A DNA stretch of 64,000 nt. It comes from Spirochaetia bacterium (GTDB lineage: Bacteria > Spirochaetota > Spirochaetia > SZUA-6 > Bin103). Each line of letters starts with the position of its first letter. Position 1 is the first letter of the stretch. The stretch is taken from positions 384,001 to 448,000 of the forward strand of contig CBDAOI010000002.1 in the NCBI GenBank assembly GCA_965198005.1, given 5' to 3'. The notes beneath the pieces are model-generated. The model was not told the DNA's origin. It did no database searches and was given only the letters and a program-made list of their open reading frames with translations. Positions 18,722 to 29,449 of this stretch are shown piece by piece. A program made the position numbers and the translations under genes.

Positions 18722-20278
18722 ATGAGCGAGCGACGCGACGGCGGCGGCGAGTACCTGCTGGAGGCGCGCGACATCGTCAAGCAGTTCGGCGACTTCACCG
18801 CCAACGACCGGGTGAGTTTGCGCCTGCGCCACGGTCAGATCCACGCCCTGCTGGGCGAGAACGGGGCCGGCAAGTCGACCCTGGTCAAGATCATGTTCGG
18901 CGCGCTCCAACCTACGGCCGGCAGCCTGCACTGGCGCGGGCAGGAGGTCGTCATCCCCAGTCCGGCGGCCGCGCGGCGGCTCGGCATCGCCATGGTGTTC
19001 CAGCACTTCTCACTGTTCGAGGAACTCACCGTGATCGAGAACATCGCCCTCGCGCTACGCGGCGCGTTCGATCCCACGGCCCTTACCGAGCGCCTCACGC
19101 GCGCGTCACACGCGTACGGCCTGCCGCCGAAGCCCTCGGCACTGGTCGCGGATCTGTCGGTCGGCGAACGCCAGCGGATCGAGATCATGCGCTGCCTGCT
19201 GCAGGAGCCCAGGCTCCTGATCATGGATGAGCCGACCGCGGTGCTCACCCCGCAGGAGGCGGACCAGCTGTTCGTCACCCTGCGCCGGCTGGCGCGCGAC
19301 GGCTGCGCGGTGCTCTACATCTCACACCGGCTGGAGGAGGTGAAGCGGCTCTGCCACGCCGCCACCATCCTGCGTCACGGCAAGGTGGTGGCCGAGGTAG
19401 ATCCGCAGACCGAGACCGCGGCCTCGCTGGCCCGGCTGATGGTGGGCGCCGACGTGCACGAGGTGGAGGCCGCCGGCCACGCCGCCGGCGGGACGCCGCT
19501 GCTGACCGTGACCGGCTTGTCGCTGCCGGCCGGCGGTCCGTTCGGCGTGGCGCTGCGTCACGTATCCCTGGAGGTGCGCGCGGGCGAGGTGGTGGCGATC
19601 GCCGGGGTGGCCGGCAATGGCCAGTCCGAGCTGTTCGAGGCGCTGTCCGGCGAGCGTCTCGCTCCGGCGCCCGAAACCATCACCATCGCGGGCCATCACT
19701 GCGGCAAGCGCGACGTAACTGCACGCCGCCAGCTCGGCGCCGCCTTCGTCCCCGAAGAACGGCTCGGCCACAGTGCCGTGCCCAACTTCGTACTTGCCGA
19801 CAACGTGCTGCTGACCCGCCACGCGTCCGATCCGGCCATGGTGCGCGCCGGCTTCGTCGACCGGCTCAAGACGCGCACCGCCGCGGCCCGCGTCACCGAG
19901 CGGTTCGACGTACGCGTCAGCCAGGAGAATTCGCCGGCGGCGTCCCTGTCCGGCGGCAACCTGCAGAAGTTCGTGGTCGGGCGTGAGCTGGACCGCGATC
20001 CGCGGGTGCTGGTGATCAACCAGCCGACCTGGGGAGTGGACGCGGGCGCCGCGGCGCTGATCCGCCAAGTGCTGTCCGACATGGCGCGCACCGGCGCCGC
20101 GGTGCTGGTGATCAGCCAGGATCTCGACGAGATCTTCGAGATCGCCGACCGGATCGCGGTGATCTCGCGCGGCGAGCTGTCCGAGAGCTTTACCGCGGGC
20201 GCGATCGACCGCGAGCGGATCGGCCTGCTGATGGCCGGCGCCCACGAGCACGCCGCCGCCGTGGAGGTCACCGGGTGA
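18722..20278 (+). CDS. Nucleoside/purine ABC transporter ATP-binding protein (double ATPase)
   Basis: GENGAGKST, LSVGERQ, MDEPT, GVAGNGQ, LSGGNLQK. Confidence 0.92.
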   Translation: MSERRDGGGEYLLEARDIVKQFGDFTANDRVSLRLRHGQIHALLGENGAGKSTLVKIMFGALQPTAGSLHWRGQEVVIPSPAAARRLGIAMVFQHFSLFEELTVIENIALALRGAFDPTALTERLTRASHAYGLPPKPSALVADLSVGERQRIEIMRCLLQEPRLLIMDEPTAVLTPQEADQLFVTLRRLARDGCAVLYISHRLEEVKRLCHAATILRHGKVVAEVDPQTETAASLARLMVGADVHEVEAAGHAAGGTPLLTVTGLSLPAGGPFGVALRHVSLEVRAGEVVAIAGVAGNGQSELFEALSGERLAPAPETITIAGHHCGKRDVTARRQLGAAFVPEERLGHSAVPNFVLADNVLLTRHASDPAMVRAGFVDRLKTRTAAARVTERFDVRVSQENSPAASLSGGNLQKFVVGRELDRDPRVLVINQPTWGVDAGAAALIRQVLSDMARTGAAVLVISQDLDEIFEIADRIAVISRGELSESFTAGAIDRERIGLLMAGAHEHAAAVEVTG

Positions 20279-21357
20279 AGCTCCTGTTCGAAAAGCGGGC
20301 GCAGCCGAGCCGGGCGATGAGCGTGCTCGCTCCGGTCCTGGCGATCCTGCTGATGGTGGTCGTGGGCGGCATCCTGTTCGCGGCGCGCGGCATCGAGCCG
20401 TTGCGCGGGCTCTACGTCTACTTCATCGAGCCGGTCACCACCCTGTGGTCGATCGAGGAGCTGATCGTCAAGGCCACGCCGCTGGTGCTGATCGGGGCCG
20501 GCCTCGCGGTCTGCTTCCGCGCCAACGTCTGGAACATCGGCGCCGAGGGCCAACTGACGCTGGGCGCCGTGGCCGGCGCCGCCATCCCGATCCTGGCCCA
20601 CCAGTGGCAGTCGCCGCTGGTGCTGCCGCTGATGATGCTGCTCGGGATGCTGGGCGGCATTGCCTGGGCGACGATCCCGGCGCTGCTGCGCAATCGTTTC
20701 GGCGCCAACGAGATCCTCACCAGCCTGATGCTCGTGTACGTGGCGCAACTCCTGCTCGACTGGCTGGTACGCGGTCCGTGGCGCGACCCGGACGGCTACA
20801 ACTTCCCCGAGTCGGTGGCGTTCGAGCAATGGCAGCTTCTGCCGACGCTCGGTTACAGCCGGGTCCACCTCGGCGGCGCCTTCGCGCTGCTCGCCGTGCT
20901 GGTGTTGTTCCTGTTTCTGGCGCGCACCATCAAGGGCTTCGAGATCGAGGTGAGCGGCGCCGCCCCGCGCGCCAGCGGCTTCGGTGGCTTCTCGCGGCCG
21001 CGCACCGTGTGGTTCTGTCTGGCGCTCTCCGGCGCCCTGGCCGGGCTGGCCGGCATCGGCGAGATAGCGGGACCGGTCGGACAGTTGCAACCGACAATCT
21101 CGCCGGGCTACGGCTTCACCGCCATCATCGTGGCGTTTCTCGGACGCCTGAACCCGATCGGCGTATTGCTCGCCGGAATCATCCTGGCGATCAGCTATCT
21201 CGGCGGCGAGGGCGCGCAGATCGAGCTCGGCCTGTCCGACAAGACCGCGCAGGTGTTCCAGGGCACCCTGCTATTCTTCATCCTCGCCAGCGACACCCTG
21301 ATCCGCTACCGCGTGCGGGTGCAGCGCGGCGCGGCGCCAACCGAGGTGGCGCGATGA
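20275..21357 (+). CDS. Nucleoside ABC transporter permease
   Basis: WNIGAEGQ, ANEILTSLM, GYGFTAIIVAFLG. Confidence 0.9.
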   Translation: MKLLFEKRAQPSRAMSVLAPVLAILLMVVVGGILFAARGIEPLRGLYVYFIEPVTTLWSIEELIVKATPLVLIGAGLAVCFRANVWNIGAEGQLTLGAVAGAAIPILAHQWQSPLVLPLMMLLGMLGGIAWATIPALLRNRFGANEILTSLMLVYVAQLLLDWLVRGPWRDPDGYNFPESVAFEQWQLLPTLGYSRVHLGGAFALLAVLVLFLFLARTIKGFEIEVSGAAPRASGFGGFSRPRTVWFCLALSGALAGLAGIGEIAGPVGQLQPTISPGYGFTAIIVAFLGRLNPIGVLLAGIILAISYLGGEGAQIELGLSDKTAQVFQGTLLFFILASDTLIRYRVRVQRGAAPTEVAR

Positions 21358-22274
21358 CCGGTCTCGAAGCGGTGTTGCTGACGATCATCACCGCGTCGAC
21401 GCCGTTGCTGCTGGCCGCCCTCGGGGAACTGGTGGTGGAGCGTTCGGGGGTGCTCAACCTCGGCGTCGAGGGGATGATGATCATCGGCGCGGTCAGCGGC
21501 TTCGTGGCCGCCTACACCTTCGGCTCGGCGGTGGTCGGCGTGGTGGCGGCGATTGTCATGGGAGTCGGGGTGGCCCTGCTGTTCGCCTACTTCACCCAGA
21601 CGCTGGTGACCAACCAGGTCGCGACCGGATTGGCCCTGACCCTGTTCGGGCTGGGCCTGGCCGGCCTGATCGGCGAGAACTTCACCGGCCTGCCCGGGGT
21701 AAAGCTGCAGCGCATTCACCTGCCGGTGCTGACCGACCTCCCGCTGGTCGGCCCCGTGCTGTTCGGCCAGGACCCGCTGGTCTACGCCTCGGTCGCCATC
21801 ACCGTGCTGGTGGCCTGGACCCTGGCGCGCACCCGCGTGGGGCTGGTGATCCGCGCCACCGGCGGCAACCACCACTCGGCGCACGCCCTGGGCTATCGCG
21901 TGATCGCGGTCCGCTACGGCTGCATCGCCTTCGGCGGTGGCTGCGCGGGACTGGCCGGCGGGTACCTTTCCCTGTTCTACACCCCGCAGTGGATCGAGAA
22001 CATGACCGCCGGACGCGGCTGGATCGCCCTGGCGCTGGTGGTGTTCTCCACCTGGGCGCCGTGGCGGGTGGCCGTCGGCGCCTACCTGTTCGGCACCGTG
22101 TGGATCATGGGGCTGTACGCGCAAGGCGTCGGGATCGGGATTCCGTCGCAACTGCTCTCGTCGCTGCCCTACCTGGCCACCATCGCCGCGCTGGTGCTGA
22201 TCTCCGGCAACCGCCAGCTGACCAGGAAGAACACGCCGGCCTGTCTCGGCCTGCCGTTCGTGCCCGATCGCTGA
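21354..22274 (+). CDS. Nucleoside ABC transporter permease 2
   Basis: ERSGVLNLGVEG, TAGRGWIALALV. Confidence 0.9.
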   Translation: MTGLEAVLLTIITASTPLLLAALGELVVERSGVLNLGVEGMMIIGAVSGFVAAYTFGSAVVGVVAAIVMGVGVALLFAYFTQTLVTNQVATGLALTLFGLGLAGLIGENFTGLPGVKLQRIHLPVLTDLPLVGPVLFGQDPLVYASVAITVLVAWTLARTRVGLVIRATGGNHHSAHALGYRVIAVRYGCIAFGGGCAGLAGGYLSLFYTPQWIENMTAGRGWIALALVVFSTWAPWRVAVGAYLFGTVWIMGLYAQGVGIGIPSQLLSSLPYLATIAALVLISGNRQLTRKNTPACLGLPFVPDR

Positions 22275-22473
22275 GGCGGGTCGTGGCCATGGTGGCGGTC
22301 GCGCATCCCGCCGCATCGTGCAATGGCGGCTTGACCAACGCGCGTTCCCGTGGTTGCATTGGACGGCGGCTCGTGCCGGGCCATACGGCCCGACCGTCCG
22401 AGGTTCGCCACCTATCAATCTTGATCCCACCGGGAGCACCAACCTGTCAGTGGGAACCACACAAGGAGTAGCT

Positions 22474-23541
22474 ATGAGGAACGTATTCGCACTTGCCACC
22501 GCCATTGTGCTGGCGTTGGCGACCGTCGCGTCCGTCCACGGCGACGAGGCGATCAAGGTCGGGTTCATCTACGTCGGCCCGATCGGCGACCACGGCTGGA
22601 CCTATCAGCACCATCAGGGCCTGCTGGCAGTGGAGGAGGAGTTCGGCGACCGCGTCGAAACGATCTACGTGGAAAACGTCGCCGAGGGTCCGGATGCCGA
22701 ACGCGCCATCACCCGCCTTGCGCGCCAGGGCGCCGGCCTGATCTTCACCACCTCGTTCGGCTTCATGGAGCCGACCGTCAAGGTGGCCAAACGCTTCCCG
22801 GACGTGATCTTCGAGCACGCCACCGGCTACCAGCGCGCCGATAACGTGGCGATCTACTCGGCCCGCTTCTACGAAGGCCGCTACATCATCGGTCAGATCG
22901 CCGCGCAGATGTCGGAGAGCGGCGTCGCCGGCTACATCGCGTCGTTCCCGATCCCGGAAGTGGTGCGCGGCATCAACTCGTTCCTGCTGGGCGCACAGAC
23001 CGTCAACCCCGACTTCAAGCTCAAGATCGTCTGGGTGAACACCTGGTTCGATCCGGGCAAGGAAGCGGACGCCGCCAAGGTGCTGATCGGCCAGGGCGCG
23101 GACATCATCACCCAGCACACCGACTCCACCGCGCCGCTGCAGATCGCCGAGGAACAGGGCGTGCTCGGTTTCGGCCAAGCATCCAACATGTTCGAGTTTG
23201 CGCCGAATGCCCAACTCACGGCCATCATCGACGACTGGGCGCCCTACTACGTCGTACGCACCCGCGCCGCGCTCGACGGCACCTGGGAGTCGACCGACAC
23301 CTGGGACGGCATCGGGCCGGGGATGGTCAAGATGGCGGCCTACACCAACATGCCGGAGGACGTGGCGGCGTTGGCCATGGAGACAGAAGCGATGATCGCG
23401 TCCGGCGAGCTGCACCCGTTCAAGGGCCCGATCTACCGCCAGGACGGCACCATGGTGATCGGCGAGGGCGAGGTGCTCGACGACGGCACGCTGCTGCGCA
23501 TGGACTGGTACGTGCAGGGCGTCGACGACAAGCTGCCCTGA
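22474..23541 (+). CDS. BMP-family ABC substrate-binding protein (purine nucleoside-type)
   Basis: AAGGAG RBS, signal peptide, VGFIYVGPIGDHGWT, TWFDPGKE, QHTDS. Confidence 0.92.
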   Translation: MRNVFALATAIVLALATVASVHGDEAIKVGFIYVGPIGDHGWTYQHHQGLLAVEEEFGDRVETIYVENVAEGPDAERAITRLARQGAGLIFTTSFGFMEPTVKVAKRFPDVIFEHATGYQRADNVAIYSARFYEGRYIIGQIAAQMSESGVAGYIASFPIPEVVRGINSFLLGAQTVNPDFKLKIVWVNTWFDPGKEADAAKVLIGQGADIITQHTDSTAPLQIAEEQGVLGFGQASNMFEFAPNAQLTAIIDDWAPYYVVRTRAALDGTWESTDTWDGIGPGMVKMAAYTNMPEDVAALAMETEAMIASGELHPFKGPIYRQDGTMVIGEGEVLDDGTLLRMDWYVQGVDDKLP

Positions 23542-23651
23542 TAGGGCCCACACCCGACCCGGCACGCGTCCGGTTGGCGCCGGCGGCGGCGAGCGACTGA
23601 CCGCCGCCAGCCCCCGGCCGTTCGACGCGCGCCATGAGCCATGTTTCGTTG

Positions 23652-24527
23652 CTATCCGCCGAGGAACAGGCGGCCTACGCGGGGGTCGCGCAGCAGTTCT
23701 TCGCCGCGCGCGGCGAGGGCCAGATTGCCGGCCACCAGGACGTAGCCCAGGTCCGCGAACTGCAACCCCTTGCGGGCGTTCTGCTCGACCATGATGATCG
23801 TCTTGCGCTCGCGGTCGCGCAGCTCGACCAGGAGCTCGAACACCAGGTCGATGTAGCGCGGCTCGAGGCCGATCGACGGCTCGTCCACCAGCAGCACATC
23901 CGGATTCATCACCAGGGCGCGCGAAATCTCCAGCAGGCGCCGCTCGCCGCCGGACAATACCCGCGCGGGCTGCGTGCGGCGCTCGGCGAGGCGCGGGTAG
24001 CGGTCGAGCACCGCGGCCACGGCGTTGCGCACGGCGGCCTGGTCGCGCATCAGGTAGGCGCCCATCTGCAGGTTCTCCTCGACCGTCATGTCGGGAAACA
24101 CGGAGTTGTCCTGCAGGATGTAGGCGATGCCGGCCTGCCTGAGCTTGTCAGCGGCGTGCATGCGGGTGAGGTCGCGGCCCTGCTTGCGGATGGTGCCGCC
24201 GGTGATGGTGTTGAGGCCGTAGATCGCGTGCAGCACGGTGGACTTGCCGGCGCCGTTGGGGCCGATCAGGCACAGCGACTGCCCGCGCCCCACCTGCAGG
24301 TCGATGCCGTGCAGGATTTCCATGCGGCCGTAACCGGCGACCAGGTGGTCGATGCGGATGAAGTCGTCGCCGCCGGCCAGCTCCGCCAGCCGTGCGCGCG
24401 CCACGCCCCGCTCCAGCAGCGACGCGCTCTCGCGCGCCACCTGCTCCACCGAGATCGCCGCACCGAGCTCGCCGACCCCGTACCCGGAAACGCCGCCGGC
24501 CGGCGTCCTGCGCTCCAGCGCCATCAA
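23652..24527 (-). CDS. Branched-chain amino acid-type ABC ATPase (LivF-like)
   Basis: GPNGAGKST, LSGGERRLLE, VDEPSIGL, VEQN. Confidence 0.9.
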   Translation of the reverse strand: MMALERRTPAGGVSGYGVGELGAAISVEQVARESASLLERGVARARLAELAGGDDFIRIDHLVAGYGRMEILHGIDLQVGRGQSLCLIGPNGAGKSTVLHAIYGLNTITGGTIRKQGRDLTRMHAADKLRQAGIAYILQDNSVFPDMTVEENLQMGAYLMRDQAAVRNAVAAVLDRYPRLAERRTQPARVLSGGERRLLEISRALVMNPDVLLVDEPSIGLEPRYIDLVFELLVELRDRERKTIIMVEQNARKGLQFADLGYVLVAGNLALAARGEELLRDPRVGRLFLGG

Positions 24528-25267
24528 TCCGCTCCGAGGTACGCTTCCACCACGCGCGGGTCGCGGCGCACCTCTTCCGGCGTGCCCGCGGCCAGCAGCC
24601 GGCCATGCGCCAGACAGTAGACGTGGGTGGCCAGGTTCATGATCACCCGCATGTTGTGCTCGATCACCAGCAGGGTCACGCCCAGCTCGGCGTTGGCCCG
24701 GACCAGCCGGTCGATCATCCCGTTGATCAGGGTTGGATTGATGCCCGCCGTGGGCTCGTCGAGCAGCAGCATCGTGGGCCGGAACATCAGTGCCATGGCG
24801 AATTCCAGCAGCTTCTGCTGCCCGAACGACAGGCTGCCGGCGGGCTGGTGGCGCAGAGCATGGAGACCGACGAATTCCAGCAGCGCTGCCGCGCGCTCGG
24901 TGACGGCTGGCGGCACCCGGCGCAGCAGCACGCCGCCGTGCGCGGTGCGGTGGGGCGCGCTGACCTGCATGTTCTCGAGGCAGCTCATGGCGCCGTACAC
25001 CCGGGTCTGCTGGAAGGTGCGCAGCAGGCCGAGGCGGGCGATGCGCGGCACGGTCATGCGCTCGATGCGGGTGCCGTCGAAGCTGACCGTGCCGGCGTCC
25101 ACCGGATGGTGGCCGACGATGCAGTTGAACAGCGTGGTCTTGCCGGAGCCGTTGGGACCGATCAGCCCGTGCACGGCGCCGGGCGCGACGCGCAGGCTGA
25201 TCTCGCGGTTGGCCGTCACCCCGCCGAACGACTTGCTGACCGCGTCGACCTGCAGCAGGGCGTTCAT
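24524..25267 (-). CDS. ABC ATPase (LivG-like)
   Basis: GPNGSGKTT, LSFGQQK, LDEPTAG, VVEAYLG. Confidence 0.9.
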   Translation of the reverse strand: MNALLQVDAVSKSFGGVTANREISLRVAPGAVHGLIGPNGSGKTTLFNCIVGHHPVDAGTVSFDGTRIERMTVPRIARLGLLRTFQQTRVYGAMSCLENMQVSAPHRTAHGGVLLRRVPPAVTERAAALLEFVGLHALRHQPAGSLSFGQQKLLEFAMALMFRPTMLLLDEPTAGINPTLINGMIDRLVRANAELGVTLLVIEHNMRVIMNLATHVYCLAHGRLLAAGTPEEVRRDPRVVEAYLGAD

Positions 25268-26337
25268 GCGCCCCGCCCCGCCGCCAGCGCCGTGGTGCCG
25301 CGCCGCTCCCGGATCCCGCCGAGAATGCCGTTCGGCAGGAAAGTCACGATCAGCACGATCAGCAGACCCATGGCGACCCGGTGCCAGCCGAGCAGGAAGG
25401 TCCAGAACAGCTCCTGGGCGACGTGGAACACCATCGCCCCGAGCACCGGTCCCCACAGCGTGCCGCGCCCGCCCATGATCGCCATCAGGATCATCCACAC
25501 CCCGAAGGTCGCTCCCGAGAACGCGATGTCCAGCGGATCGATGAAGCCGATGAAGTTGCCGTAGGCGCCGCCGGCCAGGGCCAGAAACAACGCGGCCACC
25601 GACCAGGCCAGCACCTTGCAGCGGGTGGTCGGCAGGCCCATCGCCTCGGCCTTGTCCTCGTCGTCGCGAATGGCGTTGATCAGCAGCCCGAAACGGCAGC
25701 GATACAGCAGCCGCAACCCGCCGAAGCAGACCCCGGCCAGCGCGAGAAAGTAGAAACAGAAGAAGCGGTTGCGATTGCCCAGGGCCTCCGGGAACAGTGG
25801 CGTGACCAGCCCCGAGCCGGCCCCGAGCCAGTCCCAGGCGCTGGCGATCTCGCCCGCGGCGACCCCGAGACCGAGCGTGCAGATAGCGAAGTAGTGGCCG
25901 CGCAGACGCAGGATGCCGGCGCCCAGCGGCAGCGCGATCAGCACCGCCACCAGCGCCGCGCAGGCCAGCCCCAGACCCAGTCCGCCGAAGTACTGCAGCG
26001 GCTCCAGGCGCGCCGCCGCGCCGCCGGCGATGCTGGCGTACTCCTGCACGTTGAAGAACAGGCCGCGCTGCACCACCGCGCTGGCGTACATCCCGGCGCC
26101 GAAGAAGACGATGTTGCCGAACGAGTTGTAGCCCATCTGGCCGCCCACCACGTCCCAGGTCAGCGCCAGCACCACCATCACCCACAGCACCGCCATCTGC
26201 GACTGGAGCTGCGGCACCAGAAACGGCCCGGCGATGCCCGCCGCGGCCAGCAGCAGCGGGGCCAGGCGCCGGGCGCCAACCCGAGACGGCGGGGCGCCGG
26301 GCGGCGCCGCCCGCGCCGTGCTCGCAGCAGAGCTCAT
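25264..26337 (-). CDS. ABC permease (LivM-like)
   Basis: LRLRGHYFAICTL, AIRDDEDKA, GGRGTLWGP. Confidence 0.88.
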   Translation of the reverse strand: MSSAASTARAAPPGAPPSRVGARRLAPLLLAAAGIAGPFLVPQLQSQMAVLWVMVVLALTWDVVGGQMGYNSFGNIVFFGAGMYASAVVQRGLFFNVQEYASIAGGAAARLEPLQYFGGLGLGLACAALVAVLIALPLGAGILRLRGHYFAICTLGLGVAAGEIASAWDWLGAGSGLVTPLFPEALGNRNRFFCFYFLALAGVCFGGLRLLYRCRFGLLINAIRDDEDKAEAMGLPTTRCKVLAWSVAALFLALAGGAYGNFIGFIDPLDIAFSGATFGVWMILMAIMGGRGTLWGPVLGAMVFHVAQELFWTFLLGWHRVAMGLLIVLIVTFLPNGILGGIRERRGTTALAAGRGA

Positions 26338-28532
26338 CGCAGGACGCGGCGGCGCCGCCCCAGCAGGTAGCTGCGCAGCAGCAGGATCACCACCAGCAGC
26401 ACGAACACCAACGCGGTCCGGAACTCGGCGCCGAGCAGGAAGCCGGTGAGGTTCTCGGCGTACCCCAGGGCGGCGCCGGCGACCACCACCGGAGCGATGT
26501 TGCCCAGCCCGGCGACCACCACGATCACGAACGAACGCACCGTGTAGGTGATGCCGATGAACGGGTGCACCACCCATACCATCGCCACCAGCGCGCCGGT
26601 GACTCCGCACACCGCGCCGTTGAGGGCGAAGGCGAGGGCGTAGACGCGGTCGGTGCGCACCCCCATCAGGCGCGCCGCGCGCGCGTTCTGGGAGGTGGCC
26701 CGGATGGCGCGCCCGGCGCGGCTGCGGCGCAGGAACAGCAGCAACCCCGCGGCTGCCGCCAGCGCCACCGCGAACGCCACCAGCTTGCTGTTGCCCAGCA
26801 CCACGCCGTCACCCAGCAGATAGGTGGCGCCGAGCTCCGCGTTGGCGGTGCGCAGGTCGGCGCCGAACACCTGGTTCATCAACTGCTGCAGCAGAATCGA
26901 GAGCCCGAAGGTGGCCAGCAGCGACCCGAACAGGTCGCGGTCCACGAGGCGGTACACCACCGCGCGGTAGAGCAGCCAGCCGAACACGAACAGCACGGCG
27001 CCGGAGACCGGTATCCCGAACAGCGGATGGATACCGAACGTGGTCAGCCACCAAGTGAGGAAGCCGCCCAGGATCACCAGCTCGCCCTGGGCCACGTTGA
27101 TGATGTTCATCACCCCCCACACCAGCGCCATGCCGTAGGCGGCGAGCGCGAAGATCGCCCCCACCAACAGCCCGTCCAGGAGCAGTTGCACGGACAGCGG
27201 CCCCAAGCGCAACGGGCGGGGACCGGTCTGTTCGGTGGCGGTGGAGGAGGCGTGGCCGGCCGTGGCGCCCGGACGGGGAAACCGCAGCTCGTGCGACGCC
27301 CAGGCGGTCGGCGCCACGACCCGGTACCGGCCGTCCTGAATCTGACTCAGCACCATCGGCTTGGCGATGTTCTTGCCGGTGGCGTCGAAGCGGATGTTGC
27401 CGTAGAAGGTCTGCACGTCGGTCGCCGCCAGCGCTGCACGCACCGCCTCGGTATCGAACGAACCGGCGCGCTGCAGCGCGTCCGCCCAGACCATGACCGC
27501 GGCCGACGACTCCGCGGCCTGGTAGGGAGGCGCATAGCCGTACTCCCGCTCGAACAGCGCGGCGTAGTCGGCGGCGCTGCCGAACAGGTGGTCGCGGTAG
27601 GTCAGGGTCGGTGCCCACTGCCCGGTGCACAGTATGCCCTCGGCGGCGTTCCCGAACCGTGCCGCGTCGGTCACCTCGGCCGACTCGCAGTGCGAGATGG
27701 CGACGATCGGGGCCGAGGCACGCAGCTCCGCGGCCTGCCGCACCAGCAGCGCCGCACCCTTCGAGTGGCCCGACACCAGCAGCAAGTCGGGGCGCCGCGC
27801 CTTGACCTTGAGCAGCGTCGCCGTCATGTCGTTGAGGTCGCGCGGCAGCTTGTCGTCGATCACCACCTCCATGCCGTGGCGCTCGGCGTCGTCCAGCACG
27901 CCGGCGCGGACGTCCTGGGAGAACGGGTCGTTCTCGGTAGCCACGGCGATCGTCAACGAGGCGGGGTCCCTCCCCTGCGCCCGCGCCTGCTCGGCGGCGA
28001 GGTTGATCGCCTCCTGCAGGTACTGCTCGGAGGTCGACAGCACCGCGAACAGGTAGCGGTAGCCCTTGTTGAACAGCTCGCGCGAGGCGCCGTTGCCCTC
28101 CACCATCGGCACGCGATGGCGCTCGGTGACCGGGGCGATCGCCTGGGTCAGACCCGAGCTGTAGGGGCCGAGCATGAACCGGACGCCGTCCTGCCGGATC
28201 AGGCGCTCGGCCAACTGGGCGCCGCGCGCCGGCGTCGACTCGTCGTCGTAATACAGGATCTCGAGCCGGTAGCTCCGGTCGCCGACGCGGACGCCGCCAC
28301 GCTGGTTGATCAGCTTGACCGCGAGGTCGTAACCGTTGCGCGTGTGGTTGCCGGCGGTGGTGTACTTGCCGGTCAGAGAAACCGCGGCGCCGAGCACGAT
28401 GGTATCGCCGGTGACTCTGGCGTACAGCGCTACCGGCACCAACAGCAGCCCCGCGGCCAGCAGCAACGCGTGCGCCCGGCCGGGAATGGTGGACACGGTG
28501 TCAGCCTGCGCGCACAGCGTGGTGCCGGTCAA
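26334..28532 (-). CDS. Fused amino-acid substrate-binding protein and LivH-like permease
   Basis: N-terminal LGAAVSLTG..GPYSS SBP, linker, C-terminal GVMNIINVAQGE..AIRATSQN permease, all in one 732-aa frame. Confidence 0.85.
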   Translation of the reverse strand: MTGTTLCAQADTVSTIPGRAHALLLAAGLLLVPVALYARVTGDTIVLGAAVSLTGKYTTAGNHTRNGYDLAVKLINQRGGVRVGDRSYRLEILYYDDESTPARGAQLAERLIRQDGVRFMLGPYSSGLTQAIAPVTERHRVPMVEGNGASRELFNKGYRYLFAVLSTSEQYLQEAINLAAEQARAQGRDPASLTIAVATENDPFSQDVRAGVLDDAERHGMEVVIDDKLPRDLNDMTATLLKVKARRPDLLLVSGHSKGAALLVRQAAELRASAPIVAISHCESAEVTDAARFGNAAEGILCTGQWAPTLTYRDHLFGSAADYAALFEREYGYAPPYQAAESSAAVMVWADALQRAGSFDTEAVRAALAATDVQTFYGNIRFDATGKNIAKPMVLSQIQDGRYRVVAPTAWASHELRFPRPGATAGHASSTATEQTGPRPLRLGPLSVQLLLDGLLVGAIFALAAYGMALVWGVMNIINVAQGELVILGGFLTWWLTTFGIHPLFGIPVSGAVLFVFGWLLYRAVVYRLVDRDLFGSLLATFGLSILLQQLMNQVFGADLRTANAELGATYLLGDGVVLGNSKLVAFAVALAAAAGLLLFLRRSRAGRAIRATSQNARAARLMGVRTDRVYALAFALNGAVCGVTGALVAMVWVVHPFIGITYTVRSFVIVVVAGLGNIAPVVVAGAALGYAENLTGFLLGAEFRTALVFVLLVVILLLRSYLLGRRRRVLR

Positions 28533-28626
28533 GGGCTAGCCAAGTCGCCCCGGTGCCCCGGTCAGGTCGGTTGACATTTTGCATCCATCCGGTCTATTGG
28601 TCAGGCTGGGGGTCAGGAGGTCGGAC

Positions 28627-28875
28627 GTGTCTGCAATCGCGGAGGACTATCGCGCGCCGGACTTGGTGCCGGATCAGTGCTGGGAGGATGCCCGGATCGA
28701 AGCCGCTGCTGGCCTCTACCGGCAGGGTCTGATGTCCACTGGAGCCGCAGCAGAGTGGGCGGGGGTGCCGAAGCCTATCTTCTTGACGAAGCTGTCCGAG
28801 TACGGAATTGACACCTTCAGCCACGGCACCGACGAGTTGCGGCAGGATCTAGCCGTTGCACGAGGTCATCTGTAA
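28627..28875 (+). CDS. UPF0175-family antitoxin
   Basis: AGGAGG before GTG; LYRQGLMSTGAAAEWAGV. Confidence 0.8.
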   Translation: MSAIAEDYRAPDLVPDQCWEDARIEAAAGLYRQGLMSTGAAAEWAGVPKPIFLTKLSEYGIDTFSHGTDELRQDLAVARGHL

Positions 28876-29341
28876 CACTTCGCCACTCCAGTATCTGTAT
28901 CAGGTCAACCTGCTGGACGTGCTGCGGGAGCGGTTTGATCAAGTGCTCGTACCGGAGGCGGTAGAAGCTGAACTGGCCGAGGGTAGACGACGCAACGTGG
29001 CGCTTCCGACGCTGAAGGACCTCGACTGGGTGACCATCAGGTCGACACACGACCCATTACCGAGTCCGGCCCGCGGGTTGGGAAAGGGCGAAAGGGCCGT
29101 GCTCGCCTTGGGGATGCAGATGCCGCAAGCGGTGCTCCTGCTGGACGACGAGCGCGCTCGGCGCTATGCAATCAGGCGCAGGATGAAGATTACCGGCACC
29201 TTGGGCATGGTACTTGTGGCGAAAGAACGGGCCATGATCCCGTCGGTCACGGCAATGTTGGACCGTCTGGAGCACTACGGTTTTCGGCTCAGCGACCGGA
29301 CCCGCCAAGCAACGCTTGAGCTGGCGGGGGAGGCAAGCTGA
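28856..29341 (+). CDS. DUF3368 PIN-like toxin
   Basis: ICNTSPL, LGKGE, LLDDERAR, TGTLG. Confidence 0.88.
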   Translation: MHEVICNTSPLQYLYQVNLLDVLRERFDQVLVPEAVEAELAEGRRRNVALPTLKDLDWVTIRSTHDPLPSPARGLGKGERAVLALGMQMPQAVLLLDDERARRYAIRRRMKITGTLGMVLVAKERAMIPSVTAMLDRLEHYGFRLSDRTRQATLELAGEAS

Positions 29342-29449
29342 ATGGTCACGCACTCTGCCGACGAGAGAACGAATCCGCGCAGACTGTGTGCCGTCGTCTG
29401 AGTTGCGAACGCTGGCAGGTGTTCACTATCTTCAAGGCAAATGTAGCAA

